DNA of 64,000 nucleotides from the NCBI GenBank assembly GCA_030390025.1, contig CM059433.1, forward strand, positions 29,514,001 through 29,578,000, read 5' to 3'. Source of the DNA: Squalus acanthias. Its lineage: Eukaryota. The position numbers and the translations under genes were made by a program. Shown piece by piece: positions 1 through 12,816 of the stretch; the first letter of the stretch is position 1; each line of letters starts with the position of its first letter. The notes under the pieces are model-generated. The model made no database searches, was not told the origin of the DNA, and was given only the letters and a program-made list of their open reading frames with translations.

Positions 1-3000
1 CACTCCTCTCGCTCCTCTCGCTCCTCTCACTCCTCTCGCTCCTCCTCTCGCTCCTCTCGCTCCTCCTCTCGCTCCTCTCGCTCCTCTCGCTCCTCTCACT
101 CCTCCTCTCGCTCCTCTCACTCCTCTCGCTCCTCTCGCTCCTCTCGCTCCTCTCACTCCTCTCGCTCCTCTCGCTCCTCTCACTCCTCTCGCTCCTCCTC
201 TCGCTCCTCTCGCTCCTCCTCTCGCTCCTCTCGCTCCTCTCACTCCTCTCGCTCCTCCTCTCGATCCTCTCGCTCCTCCTCTCGCTCCTCTCACTCCTCT
301 CGCTCCTCCTCTCGCTCCTCTCGCTCCTCCTCTCGCTCCACTCACTCCTCTCACTCCTCTCGCTCCTCTCACTCCTCTCGCTCCTCTCACTCCTCTCACT
401 CCACTCGCTCCTCCTCTCGCTCCTCTCGCTCCTCCTCTCGCTCCTCTCGCTCCTCTCACTCCTCTCGCTCCTCCTCTCGCTCCTCTCGCTCCTCTCGCTC
501 CTCCTCTCGCTCCTCTCACTCCTCTCGCTCCTCTCACTCCTCTCACTCCTCTCGCTCCTCTCACTCCTCTCGCTCCTCTCGCTCCTCTCGCTCCTCTCGC
601 TCCTCTCGCTCCTCCTCTCACTCCTCTCACTCCTCTCGCTCCTCTCGCTCCTCTCGCTCCTCTCGCTCCTCTCGCTCCTCTCACTCCTCTCACTCCTCTC
701 GCTCCTCTCACTCCTCTCTCTCCTCTCGCTCCTCTCACTCCTCTCGCTCCTCTCACTCCTCTCACTCCTCTCGCTCCTCTCGCTACTCCTCTCACTCCTC
801 TCGCTCCTCTCCCGCTCCTCTCACTCCTCTCGCTCCTCTCGCTCCTCTCCCGCTCCTCTCACTCCTCTCGCTCCTCCTCTCGCTCCTCTCGCTCCTCCTC
901 TCGCTCCACTCACTCCTCTCACTCCTCCTCTCACTCCTCTCACTCCACTCGCTCCTCCTCTCGCTCCTCTCGCTCCTCCTCTCGCTCCTCTCGCTCCTCT
1001 CACTCCTCTCGCTCCTCCTCTCGCTCCTCTCGCTCCTCTCGCTCCTCCTCTCGCTCCTCTCACTCCTCTCGCTCCTCTCATTCCTCTCGCTCCTCTCGCT
1101 CCTCTCGCTCCTCTCGCTCCTCTCGCTCCTCTCGCTCCTCCTCTCGCTCCTCTCGCTCCTCTCACTCCTCTCGCTCCTCCTCTCGCTCCTCTCGCTCCTC
1201 TCGCTCCTCCTCTCGCTCCTCTCACTCCTCTCGCTCCTCTCACTCCTCTCACTCCTCTCACTCCTCTCACTCCTCTCACTCCTCTCGCTCCTCTCGCTCC
1301 TCTCGCTCTTCTCGCTCCTCTCGCTCCTCTCACTCCTCTCACTCTTCTCGCTCCTCCTCTCGCTCCTCTCACTGCTCCTCTCACTCCTCTCGCTCCTCTC
1401 ACTCCTCTCACTCCTCTCGCTCCTCTCACTCCTCTCTCTCCTCTCGCTCCTCTCACTCCTCTCGCTCCTCTCGCTCCTCTCGCTCCTCCTCTCACTCCTC
1501 TCACTCCTCTCGCTCCTCTCACTCCTCTCTCTCCTCTCACTCCTCTCACTCCTCTCGCTCCTCTCGCTCCTCTCGCTCTTCTCGCTCCTCTCGCTCCTCT
1601 CACTCCTCTCACTCTTCTCGCTCCTCCTCTCGCTCCTCTCACTGCTCCTCTCACTCCTCTCACTCCTCTCGCTCCTCTCACTCCTCTCACTCCTCTCGCT
1701 CCTCTCACTCCTCTCTCTCCTCTCGCTCCTCTCACTCCTCTCGCTCCTCTCGCTCCTCTCGCTCCTCCTCTCACTCCTCTCACTCCTCTCGCTCCTCTCA
1801 CTCCTCTCTCTCCTCTCACTCCTCTCACTCCTCTCACTCCTCTCGCTCCTCTCACTCCTCTCTCTCCTCTCGCTCCTCTCACTCCTCTCGCTCCTCTCGC
1901 TCCTCTCGCTCCTCTCGCTCTTCTCGCTCCTCTCGCTCCTCTCACTCCTCTCACTCTTCTCGCTCCTCCTCTCGCTCCTCTCACTGCTCCTCTCACTCCT
2001 CTCGCTCCTCTCACTCCTCTCACTCCTCTCGCTCCTCTCACTCCTCTCTCTCCTCTCGCTCCTCTCACTCCTCTCGCTCCTCTCACTCCTCTCGCTCCTC
2101 TCCCGCTCCTCTCACTCCTCTCACTCCTCTCGCTCCTCTCACTCCTCTCACTCCTCTCGCTCCTCTCACTCCTCTCACTCCTCTCGCTCCTCTCACTCCT
2201 CTCTCTCCTCTCGCTCCTCTCACTCCTCTCGCTCCTCTCACTCCTCTCGCTCCTCTCGCTCCTCTCCCGCTCCTCTCACTCCTCTCGCTCCTCTCGCTAC
2301 TCCTCTCGCTCCTCTCCCGCTCCTCTCGCTCCTCTCGCTCCTCTCGCTCCTCTCGCTCCTCTCACTGCTCCTCTCACTCCTCTCGCTCCTCTCACTCCTC
2401 TCACTCCTCTCGCTCCTCTCACTCCTCTCACTCCTCTCGCTCCTCTCGCTCCTCTCCCGCTCCTCTCACTCCTCTCGCTCCTCTCGCTACTCCTCTCACT
2501 CCTCTCGCTCCTCTCCCGCTCCTCTCACTCCTCTCGCTCCTCTCCCGCTCCTCTCACTCCTCTCGCTTCTCCTCTCACTCCTCTCGCTCCTCTCACTCCT
2601 CTCGCTCCTCTCGCTCCTCTCGCTCCTCTCGCTCCTCTCGCTCCTCTCGCTCCTCCTCTCGCTCTTCTCACTCCTCTCCCGCTCCTCTCACTCCTCTCGC
2701 TCCTCTCGCTCCTCTCCCGCTCCTCTCGCTCCTCTCGCTCCTCCTCTCACTCCTCTCGCTCCTCCTCTCGCTCTTCTCACTCCTCTCCCGCTCCTCTCGC
2801 TCCTCTCGCTCCTCTCGCTCCTCTCCCGCTCCTCTCGCTCCTCTCGCTCCTCCTCTCACTCCTCTCGCTCCTCTGCCGCTCCTCTCACTCCTCTCGCTCC
2901 TCTCGCTCCTCTCCCGCTCCTCTCGCTCCTCTCGCTCCTCTCCCGCTCCTCTCACTCCTCTCGCTCCTCTCACTCCTCTCGCTCCTCCTCTCACTCCTCT

Positions 3001-4388
3001 CGCTCCTCCTCTCGCTCCTCTCGCTCCTCTCGCTCCACTCACTCCTCTCACTCCTCCTCTCACTCCTCTCACTCCACTCGCTCCTCCTCTCGCTCCTCTC
3101 GCTCCTCCTCTCGCTCCTCTCGCTCCTCTCACTCCTCTCGCTCCTCCTCTCGCTCCTCTCGCTCCTCTCGCTCCTCCTCTCGCTCCTCTCACTCCTCTCG
3201 CTCCTCTCACTCCTCTCACTCCTCTCGCTCCTCTCACTCCTCTCGCTCCTCTCGCTCCTCTCGCTCCTCTTGCTCCTCTCGCTCCTCTCGCTCCTCTCGC
3301 TCCTCTCACTCCTCTCGCTCCTCCTCTCGCTCCTCTCGCTCCTCTCGCTCCTCCTCTCGCTCCTCTCACTCCTCTCGCTCCTCTCGCTCCTCTTGCTCCT
3401 CTCGCTCCTCTCGCTCCTCTTGCTCCTCTCGCTCCTCTCGCTCCTCCTCTCACTCCTCTCACTCCTCTCGCTCCTCTCGCTCCTCTCGCTCTTCTCGCTC
3501 CTCTCGCTCCTCTCACTCCTCTCACTCTTCTCGCTCCTCTCGCTCCTCTCGCTCCTCCTCTCGCTCCTCTCACTCCTCTCGCTCCTCTCACTCCTCTCAC
3601 TCCTCTCGCTCCTCTCACTCCTCTCGCTCCTCTTGCTCCTCTTGCTCCTCTCGCTCCTCTCGCTCCTCTCACTCCTCTCGCTCCTCCTCTCGCTCCTCTC
3701 GCTCCTCTCGCTCCTCCTCTCGCTCCTCTCACTCCTCTCGCTCCTCTCGCTCCTCTCGCTCCTCTCGCTCCTCCTCTCGCTCCTCTCACTCCTCTCGCTC
3801 CTCCTCTCGCTCCTCTCGCTCCTCTCACTCCTCTCGCTCCTCTCACTCCTCTCACTCCTCTCGCTCCTCTCACTCCTCTCTCTCCTCTCGCTCCTCTCAC
3901 TCCTCTCGCTCCTCTCACTCCTCTCACTCCTCTCGCTCCTCTCACTCCTCTCACTCCTCTCGCTCCTCTCACTCCTCTCTCTCCTCTCGCTCCTCTCACC
4001 GCTCCTCTCACTCCTCTCGCTCCTCTCACTACTCTCACTCCTCTCGCTCCTCTCGCTCCTCTCACCGCTCCTCTCTCTCCTCTCGCTCCTCCTCTCACTC
4101 CTCTCGCTCCTCCTCTCACACCTCTCACTCCTCTCGCTCCTCTCGCTCCTCTCGCTCCTCCTCTCACTCCTCTCGCTCCTCTCGCTCCTCTCGCTCCTCC
4201 TCTCGCTCCTCTCACTCCTCTCGCTCCTCTCGCTCCTCCTCTCGCTCCTTTCGCTCCTCCTCTCGCTCCTCTCACTCTTCTCGCTCCTCTCGCTCCTCTC
4301 GCTCCTCTCGCTCCTCCTCTCACTCCTCTCGCTCCTCTCACTCCTCTCGCTCCTCTCGCTCCTCTCACCGCAACTCTCGCCGCTCCTC
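1..4388. repeat. Tandem satellite of CTCCTCTC(G/A) 9-mers with 11- and 12-nt variants; polypyrimidine/polypurine; runs off the window start
   Basis: Directly visible tandem units; the long (RGA/RGV)n, (SER)n and (LLS)n ORFs are by-products of the repeat. Confidence 0.98.
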
Positions 4389-4398
4389 AAATACTTTC

Positions 4399-5125
4399 GG
4401 GGCAAAATTGGGTCGTGCCCCCTTTGGGGCGCTAACTTCGCTGGGGCGCTACTTTTAGCGCCCAGAAAAGTTAGCACCTCCACGCCCGAAATTCACTGGT
4501 AGTGCACCAAGAGGGAGGCGGGGTGCTACTGGAAGCGCCGCACCTCCCTCTTGGGGTGCTGTGAGTGAATATCGCGGCACTACGTGCAGCAGCGCCATGC
4601 GCTGCGGCATGACGCGCCGCGGTACTGTAGACCTTCCACCCCTTATTAAAGGGGAGGGGCCTAGTGCAGCGCAACCCGGGGCCCAGCTGGGCCACTAGGG
4701 ATCAGAGTGCCAGCAAAAGAGCCTGGCACTGAAGAGAAGTGCCGGGCTCACGGAGCACAGCCGGCACCCCGCGGGGAGGGGCCGCACAGGAGGCCGGGGA
4801 CAGCAACCGGGGCAGGTGCTGGCAGGTGGCCATCAACAAAAATGGCTGCCCGGCACCTCCCCTTTAATTTGCGCCGCCCCGGCCACAGATAGGCCCCCTT
4901 CACCCTGTCGGACATAGCGTCCGGTGGTAAGTCATGGGAAGCTACTGAATATCACGGCCGGGATGCGAGCGGGGTGCTGCGCACGGTGATGAAGTCATCG
5001 CCGGAGGTGCAGTGCCACGGGGCGCTAACAGTTACCGCTGCTGCTAACCTCCCGCTGAATTTTGCGGGAGGCGTTAGCGGTGCCGCGCCCAGGCGCTAAT
5101 TGCTTTGCACCCCGTTAGCACCCTA
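4399..5125 (+). mobile_element. Truncated non-autonomous PIF/Harbinger-like element (GC-rich family with many GGCGCTA/TAGCGCC subterminal motifs)
   Basis: Begins GGGGCAAAATTGGGTCG; the same end occurs inverted at 8707-8728; the right end is lost at the junction with CR1. Confidence 0.65.
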
Positions 5126-5126
5126 A

Positions 5127-7460
5127 TGGCCTACATCCTAGGGTTTTGAAAGAGGTGGCTATAGAGATAGTGGATGCATTGGTTGTCATTTTCCAAAATT
5201 CCATAGATTCTAGAATGGTTGCCACGGATTGGAAGGTAGCAAATGTAAACCCAATATTTAAGAAAGGAGGGAGAGAGAAAACAGGGAACTACAGACCAGT
5301 TATCCTGACATCAGCAGTAGGGAAAATGCTAGAATCTATTGGCCCAGAAATTTGACTCGGAGGCTTGCCGCGGGGGTAAGGATCGCGCGCAATCTTACCT
5401 ACCGCGCCTGCCGTTGTGTTTCGGGCCCACACGAACTTTGGGTCCAGGGCCTCTCCCTGGTGCCGGCGCGCAGTGTGTGCGTGTCCCAGAGGCGCAGTTA
5501 GTTCAATGCGACCTCTGGGATCACGTGGGCCAGTTAGAGCCAATGGCAGCACACCATCTTTCATTCATAGATTTGACAGGAGAACTGTCAAAACTATGAA
5601 TACAAATTGCCCCCAAAAGAACAGCTAAACCTCAAATAAATTTAAAAAAATACCCATCACATTAATAAAATAACTATAGTTAAATAAATTAACCACTTTA
5701 AACAAAAATTTAAATTTTTGAAAAAATTTAAATTCTTTTTAAAAGTTATAAAAATAAACTTACCTTTCTTTAAAGTCTCTAAAAAAGATTAACCTGTTGA
5801 AAAAAATTTAAAATAATACTTAATTAACTACTTACCTTGTTAAAAGGGGGTCTTACGCCTCCTTTCTTCATGTGTAAAATCTTCCATACTTACCTTCGCG
5901 TTGAAACCTGAAAAAAAACCTAAGTGTGCTGCGTGCGCACAGCCTGTAGTGCGCACGCGGTTCACTTAGGAACTGCCCCCTTCGCCATACTGGAAGTGCT
6001 GGTTTCCCACGCATGCGCAGTGCATGCAGGAAACCGGCACTTAGGAAACCGAATACGCGAGAGTACACAGTGCGTACTCTCCCGTATTCAGCCAAATTTT
6101 TGGGCCATTATTAAGGACGTGGTATCAGAGCACTTAGAAAATAATAATAGGATTGGGCAGAGTCAACATGGATTTATGAAAGGGAAATCGTGTTTTACAA
6201 ATCTGTTGGAGTTTTTTGAGTTTGTAACTAGCAGAATAGATAAGGGGGAACCAGTGGATGTGGTGTATTTGGATTTTCAGAAGGCATTCGATAAGGTGCC
6301 ACACAAGAGGTTATTAAACAAAATTAGGGCTCATGGGATTGGGGGTAATATATTAGCATGGATTGAGGATTGGTTAATTGACAGAAAACAGAGAGCAGGA
6401 ATAAACGGGTCAGTTTTGGGTTGGCAGGCTGTAACTAGTGGGGTACCGCAAGGATCCGTGCTTGGGCCTCAATTATTCACAGTCTACCTCAATGATTTGG
6501 ATGAGGGGACCAAATGTAATATATCCAAGTTTTCCGATGATACAAAGCAGGATGGGAATGTAAGTTGTGAGGAGGATGCAAGGAGGCTTCAAGGGGATAT
6601 AGACAGGCTAAGTGAGTGGGCAAGAACATGGCAAATGGAATATAATGTGGAGAAATGTAAAGTTATCCACTTTGGTAGGAAAAATAGAAAAGCAGAGTAT
6701 TTTTTAAATGGTGAGAGATTGGGAAATGTTGGTGTTCAGAGGGACTTGGGTGTCCTTGTACACGAATCACTGAAAGTTAACATACATGTACAGCAAGCAA
6801 TTAGGAAAGCAAATGGTATGTTGGCCTTTATTACAAGAGGATTTGAGTATAAGAGTAAAGACGTTTTACTGCAATTATATAGGGGCCTGGTGAGACCACA
6901 CCTGGAGTATTGTGTACAGTTTTGGTCTCCTTACTTAAGGAAGGATATACTTGCCATAGAGGGAGTGCAACGAAGGTTCACCAGACTGGTTCCTGGGCTG
7001 GAGGGATTGTCCTATGAGGAGAAATTGAGTAGACTAGGCCTATTTTCTCTAGAGTTTAGAAGAATGAGAGGTGATCTCATTGAAACATACAACATTCTTA
7101 CAGGGCTTGATAGGGTAAATGCAGGGATGATGTTTCCCCTGGCTGGGGAGTCTAGAACCAGGGGTCACAGTCTCAGAATAGGAGGTCAGCCATTTAGGAC
7201 TGAGATGAGGAGAAATTTCTTCACTCAAAGGGTGGTGAATCTTTGGAATTCGCTACCCCAGAGGGCTGTGGAGGCTCAGTTGTTGAGTATATTCAAGACA
7301 GAGATCGATAGATTTTTGAATATTAAGGGAATCAAGGGATATGGGGATAGTGCAGGAAAGTCGAGCTAAAGTAGAAGATCAGCCATGATCTTATTGAATG
7401 GCGGAGCAGGCTCGAAGGGCCAATGGCCTACTCCTGCTCCTATTTCTTATGTTCTTATGT
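5127..7460 (+). mobile_element. 5'-truncated CR1 LINE; ORF2 RT region open from about 6107 to 7369; interrupted by a MITE at 5341-6106
   Basis: Motifs [40 protein letters not shown]; 3' UTR ends in TTCTTATG repeats. Confidence 0.95.
5341..6106. mobile_element. Harbinger-type MITE with AT-rich core, inserted into CR1
   Basis: TIRs GGCCCAGAAATTTG / CAAATTTTTGGGCC; 3-bp TSD ATT; CR1 reads through (MLESI|IKDV) once it is removed. Confidence 0.88.
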
Positions 7461-7504
7461 CCTCAGATAAGGAGACCAAAACTGTGCACAGTACTCCAGA
7501 TGTG

Positions 7505-8395
7505 GGCCGCGGTTTTGCCATCGGAGGTGGGATCACCACGGGAGAGGTCGTTGGCGGGTCCCGGTCCCACTCCCAGCTCCAGCCGCTCTGTGAAAAGGAT
7601 TTTCCCTGGATTGGGCTTGTTAATCGCACCCTGCGAGGTTCCCGGCCAATTAACAGGAAGCGGGTCTGATGATGTCAGTTGATGACGCGTCATCAGCCAG
7701 TTTCCTTAAAGGGGCCATGTCCAAATTGATCTTGACAGTTCTGCTATCAGTGTTCTACAGCATTGAGGTGCTGCAAACACTGACAATCACTGCACAAAGG
7801 TGCACGGCTGCACTCAGGCTCTCCCATGTCTCCCCTCATATGCTTATGGAGAGAGTCACAGCACGCAGGGAGGCTCTCTACCCTTCCCATGGGCGGAAGA
7901 GACCTCCCCAGGAGATCAACGCAACCTGATTGTACATTGCACAGGAGGACACAAGCAGGGATGTCGTCAGAAGGACCAGGCCGCAGTGGCGCAAGCCTTT
8001 CAATGATCTGAGCAGATCACGAAACGTTACTGCCAAGCCACACTCAACCTCATCCTGCTGTTCCACTCATCACATCCATATCACTCTGCCTTCCCTACCC
8101 TACTCCTGCACATCCTTACTCACACCAACTTACCTTGCACCTCCATCCATCCTTCTCTATCTACATTATCACTTCCCCATCTCACTAGCCACCCCTCACA
8201 CTCAACCTCAACCTGCTGCAAGTATACGAACTAACAACACACAAGGGTGATTTAGCCAATGTTCATGTAAAGTTTTTGTTAATGTGTTGTCAAACATTAA
8301 AATCTATATTTTCAAGATTTTACCTTATTGGACAGATCTGTTCTCACATTTGGAAGTGTCTTAGTGAGTTCCAGTGAATGTTGAGACGTAATCGG
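7505..8395 (+). mobile_element. Left half of a non-autonomous Harbinger element carrying a decayed Myb/SANT-like (MSANTD/NAIF1-type) exon
   Basis: Starts GGCCGCGGTTTTGCC; colinear with the left arm of 42342-48635; encodes ..RLSH..VTARREALYP..QWRKPFNDLSR with a stop. Confidence 0.8.
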
Positions 8396-8728
8396 TCAGC
8401 CCCACACTCCTCTTGAGTGCCGGGCTCTTTTGCCGGCACCCTGCTCCCTGGTGGTCCAGCAGGGCCCCAGTGCGCGCTGCGCTAGGCCCCTCCACTTTAA
8501 TTAGGGCAGGGAGGCCTGTAGTACCATGGCGCTACATGCTGGCGCACGTGGCGCTGCTGTATGTAGCACCGCGAGATTGAATGGTAGCACTCCAAGAGGG
8601 AGGGGAAGCGCTTCCAGTAGCACCCCGCCACCTGCTTGGGGTGTGACCATTCAATTTCCGGCACGGGGGCGCTAACTTTTTCTGGGCACTAAAAGTAGCC
8701 AAAGGGGGCGCGACCCAATTTTTCCCCC
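8396..8728 (-). mobile_element. Terminal part of the GC-rich Harbinger-like family seen at 4399
   Basis: Reverse complement of about 4399-4750; ends CGACCCAATTTTTCCCCC. Confidence 0.7.
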
Positions 8729-9123
8729 ATTCTGTTTTTCTGTTCTTCCTACCAAGGTGAATAACCTCACATTTCCCCACATTATACTCCATCTGCCACC
8801 TTATTGCCACTCACTTAACCTGTCTATATCCCTTTGCAGCCTCTTTGTGTCCTCCTCACAGCTTACTTTCCCACCCAGCTTTGTATCATCAGCAAACTTG
8901 GATACATTACACTCAGTCCCTTCATCTGAGTTATTAATATAGATTGTAATTAGCTGAGGCCCAAGCACTGATCCTTGCGGCACCCCACTAGTTACAGCCT
9001 GCCAACCTGAAAATGACCCGTTTATCCCTACTTTCTGTTTTCTATCCATGCTAATATATTACCCCCAACCCCATGAGCCCATATCTTACGTAGCAACATT
9101 TTATGTGGCACCTTATTGAATGC
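8729..9123 (-). mobile_element. CR1 LINE ORF2 fragment (a further piece lies at 7461-7504)
   Basis: [10 protein letters not shown] and FADDTK on the minus strand. Confidence 0.9.
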
Positions 9124-9539
9124 AAAATTCTTCACTTGATACTAAAAGTACCCGTGTTATAAATACACAGATGGACAAAGTCAGATGAGTGCAAGAACCT
9201 TCAACACTTAAAAATACATCATTTTTTAAATTAGAAAATATATCACGAGAGGTGGGCTGTTATTCATTAATTCTGAATTAACACGCAGAGAATGCAAACT
9301 ATTGCTTGTCAACTGGAAGAATATGATTCCCATATTGTGACATCCAGTGAGCTGATAGATGCATTCTTATTAATAGCATTAATCTTCCACATGATTGAGA
9401 AGCATCAGGTAAAGTGCTGGTTTCACATGACAGATGAGTGGCTGTCACTTACATTATGGTATAATTGTGATTAACAGCGAGAGAGGGCAGCAGTTCTGTC
9501 TGATATCACATCACTTCACCAATGCAAGCATAAGAGAGC

Positions 9540-9876
9540 TTACATGGATTTTACAGCACAGAAACAGACCATTTGGCCCAACTGGTCTGTGCCGGTGTTT
9601 ATGCTCCATATGAGACTCCACCCATACTAGCTCATCCCACCCTATCAGCATATCTTCCTATTCCTTTCTCCTTCATGAACTTATCCAGCTCCCCCTTAAA
9701 TGCATCGATGCTATTCGCCTTAATTACTCCATGTGGGAGCGAGTTCCACATTCTAACCACTCTCTGGGTTCAGTCTTTCCCAATAGTTACAACCTCTCAG
9801 TTCTGGTATCAACCTCGTGAATCTTCTTTGCACCTTTTCCAGTGCCTCTATATCCTTTTTATAATATGGAGACCAG
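9540..9876 (-). mobile_element. CR1 3' fragment with internal deletion; resumes after the MITE at about 10620-10650
   Basis: Reverse complement of the CR1 3' end; homologous to 38027-39050. Confidence 0.75.
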
Positions 9877-10619
9877 GGCGTCGATGTTCAACCCCACCCC
9901 CCACCCCCATGTCAGACCGGAGAGGGTTGGGGTAGGGAGGGGGGTGTGTAAAAAATTAAGAATCGGTGATCGCAAACCCATCCTACCGTGTACGTGCCCG
10001 TTGCCATTTTCACGGCGGTGGGTTTCGTGGCATGTGAGTGTCCCTTATGGAGAAGCAGGGCGGGGCTGTTCATTAACATATTTAAATCAGGCTCCCACAG
10101 TGCAACTGGGAGCCTGACTTAATTTAACAGTTGCCGGCCGGGTTTCCCAAGGCTCGGGAAACCCGGTAGTGAAAGGGAGGCGGGAGCTGCTTGGTCCAGA
10201 AGGTAAGTGTCTTTTGGAGCATTCCTAGTGGGCCAGGAGGAGCAGAAGTGCTCCCCCTGGCCCCTCAAGAAAGCTTTCGGCCGACCCTCTGCCAATCGTG
10301 GCCTCTCTCCCCATGGCCGCAATCGCCGTCGACCTCTCCCAAGCCCCCAAGCCCCAGCCTCCGGACTTCCCTCTCTTCTGATTGTCAGGAACCATCCCCA
10401 AGGATTCCTGGCTGCGACCTCTTGCTTCTGGTTTCTCCTCCCGGCAGACCTCCCCCGAGCCCCGATCTCCTGTCGATTTGTCTGGCTGTTGGGCGGGAAA
10501 CGGAAGAGAAAAATTATCATGTGGTCCTGCCGTTAAATTTGCATTCCCGGCCTAGCTATGTTTTCCCCGTGCTCCCGTGTTCCCTCCACTCTCCCCGCCT
10601 CCTCGTAAATATCGGGGCC
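9877..10619. mobile_element. Harbinger-type MITE
   Basis: TIRs GGCGTCGATGTT / AATATCGGGGCC; TSD CAG inside the CR1 sequence GGAGACCAGAAC. Confidence 0.8.
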
Positions 10620-10676
10620 CAGAACTATGCAGAGTACTCTTAAGTGTGGTATCCGTACAGAGCTGTCCTTACAGAA

Positions 10677-11228
10677 TTTCCACCATCTACAAGGCACAAG
10701 TAAGGAGTGTGATGGAATACTCTCCACTTGCCTGGATGAATGCAGCTGCAACAACACTCAAGAAGCTCTACACCATCCAGGACAAAGCAGCCCGCTTGAT
10801 TGGCACCCCATCCACCACCTTAAACATTCACTCCCTCCACTACCGGTGTACCGTGGCTGCAGTGTGTACCATCTACAAGATGCAATGCAGTAACTTGCCA
10901 AGGCTTCTTCGGCAGCACCTCCCAAACCCGCGATCTCTTCCACTTAGAAGGACAAGGGCAGCAGGCGCATGGGAACACCACCACCTCCAAGTTCCCCTCC
11001 AAGTTACACACCATCCTGACTTAGAAGTATATCGCCGATCCTTCATCGTCACTGGGTCAAAATCCTGGAACTCCCTCCCTAACAGCACTGTGGGAGTACC
11101 TTCACCACACGGACTGCAGCAGTTCAAGAAGGCAGCTCACCACCACCTTCTCAAGGGCAATTAGGGATGGGCAATAAATGCTGACCTTGCCAGCGACGCC
11201 CACATCCCATAAGTGAATTTTTAAAAAA
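10677..11228 (+). mobile_element. CR1-group (Zenon-like) LINE 3' fragment
   Basis: YKAQVRSVMEYSPLAW..SLHYRCTVAAVCTIYKM; shared 3' UTR GGGCAATAAATGCT..GCCCACATCCC. Confidence 0.85.
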
Positions 11229-11833
11229 GAATCGTGTTCCTGGGAGGCCGCTATGGACACTCTCCTTGCCCCACCCCTGTAATTCCCTGTCCAATAACAT
11301 CAGGGCATGAAAAATTGTGGGGACTGCGCCCTCAATGTCCCGCCTGCTCCCCACTGGGAGTGTAATTTTGCAAAATCGACCCTTAAGTCCATCTCATAGT
11401 TAGGAAGAAATATCTTACATTTATAGAGCACCTTTCACAGCCTCAGGATGTCCCAATCAAGTACTTTATGAAGTGTAGTCACTGATGTAATGTAGGAAAT
11501 GCGGCAGCAAATTTGCACACACACATAGAAAGAGACTCTTCCTCTTAATAGGAGTGGACAGTTTATTATATTCTCCGGAAATCATTAAGGCGGCCATTGT
11601 CTTGAAATTAGAGCTAGACCATTTCGGAGTAAAATCAGGAAGCCCCTTTTCACACAAAGATCTTTTTCTCCCTCCTTTGTGAAACCAAAGTTACTGCAAA
11701 CAGATTTCATTAGCTGGGATTGCACTACACCTCAAACAGCGGCAATCTTCTCCATTTATTTCAGCTGGGGCTATGATTAGAGCCCTAGATTATGCAATAA
11801 CTTAGTTTTAGAGTACTACAATGAAGATTCAAA

Positions 11834-12725
11834 GGGGGAAAAATTCAGTTGGATTGCGCCTCCCGTTAGCGCCTTAAGAGGGCGCTAATGGGGCACAAAG
11901 CAACTAGCACCCGTGCGCGGCAATCTTTGCGCCGCTCATGAAATTAACTAGACATTTTGCAGTGGCGCTAAACACTACCGCCACGATCTCCTGCGCCGGC
12001 CGATCGTGACGTCAGTCGAGAGTGCAACGCCCCGGTAGCGCCCCAGACCGGATATTGAGTGGCGCCCCCTGTCTTACCGCCTGCCGCTAGCAACGACAGG
12101 TTGAGGGGAGCGTTTTGCAGTCAGGAAGGGACTGGGGAAGCGCTATTTAAAGGTGACCGCTTCCTGCCTTTTTTTGTTGGCGAAATTTTTGCACCACGCA
12201 TTCTGAGTGAGAGAGAGAGACTGCCTGAGATATTCAAAGCTGTGTTGAGGAGTTTTGGGTACTGAGCAGCACTTTGCAGGTTCTTTCTGGTTTGATCTTC
12301 CTTGCATCGATTTAGAAGAGAATATGGGGGCTGCAGTCTGAGCTCTTTCCCTGGGCCTCTCCATTGTTCTTTCCAACAGATTTGATTTACAGGTCTCTCC
12401 AGGCCGAGATTCAAGGCTGCAATGAGCAGGATGTGGATGGAGAGCAAGATCAACCCTCCCCTTTAAGAACTGGCCGGCGCCAGTGTGTCTGTGTTCCATT
12501 GCTGACTGACATCACATGAGCTTCGCCAGCGCTCTGAAGTAGCGCCTCGCTCCTCAGCCTTTGCGCCTTAAGACAGGTGTGTAGCGCCTGATTTAGCGCT
12601 CTAATCACCTCCAGGAGCGATAAAAGTCAAGTTTGCAGTCGGAGGCGATAATTAGCGCCAGGCGCTAAACTTTGCGCACGGCCGATAATGGCGCCCCAAA
12701 TGAGGCGATACTGAATTTTTCCCCC
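11834..12725. mobile_element. Non-autonomous Harbinger element of about 0.9 kb (family copy 1)
   Basis: TIRs GGGGGAAAAATTCAGT / ACTGAATTTTTCCCCC; TSD AAA; GGCGCTA-rich subtermini; highly similar to 51724-52597. Confidence 0.9.
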
Positions 12726-12816
12726 AAAGGTTCCTTCGTTATGGGGGTTGAATATTCCTTTAAAGGAGTTGGGCTTGACGCCCTAATGATCTTTTCCTTG
12801 TTCCTAAGAACTCTTA

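Noticed and set aside
821..4502. Long ORFs of (RGA)n, (SER)n and (LLS)n
   Set aside because: They are open in several frames on both strands simply because the 9-mer satellite has few stops; there is no gene context
5924..7369. 481-aa ORF as an intact or domesticated RT gene, or a bacterial retron/DGR-type RT
   Set aside because: The N-terminal ~60 aa come from a MITE read in frame; the rest is a 5'-truncated CR1 ORF2 lacking the endonuclease
12143..12499. Repeated ~118-aa ORFs (also 12950-13483 and 52021-52371) as a novel gene family
   Set aside because: They lie within MITE copies; starts, stops and frames are not conserved, so the similarity reflects DNA repeat identity
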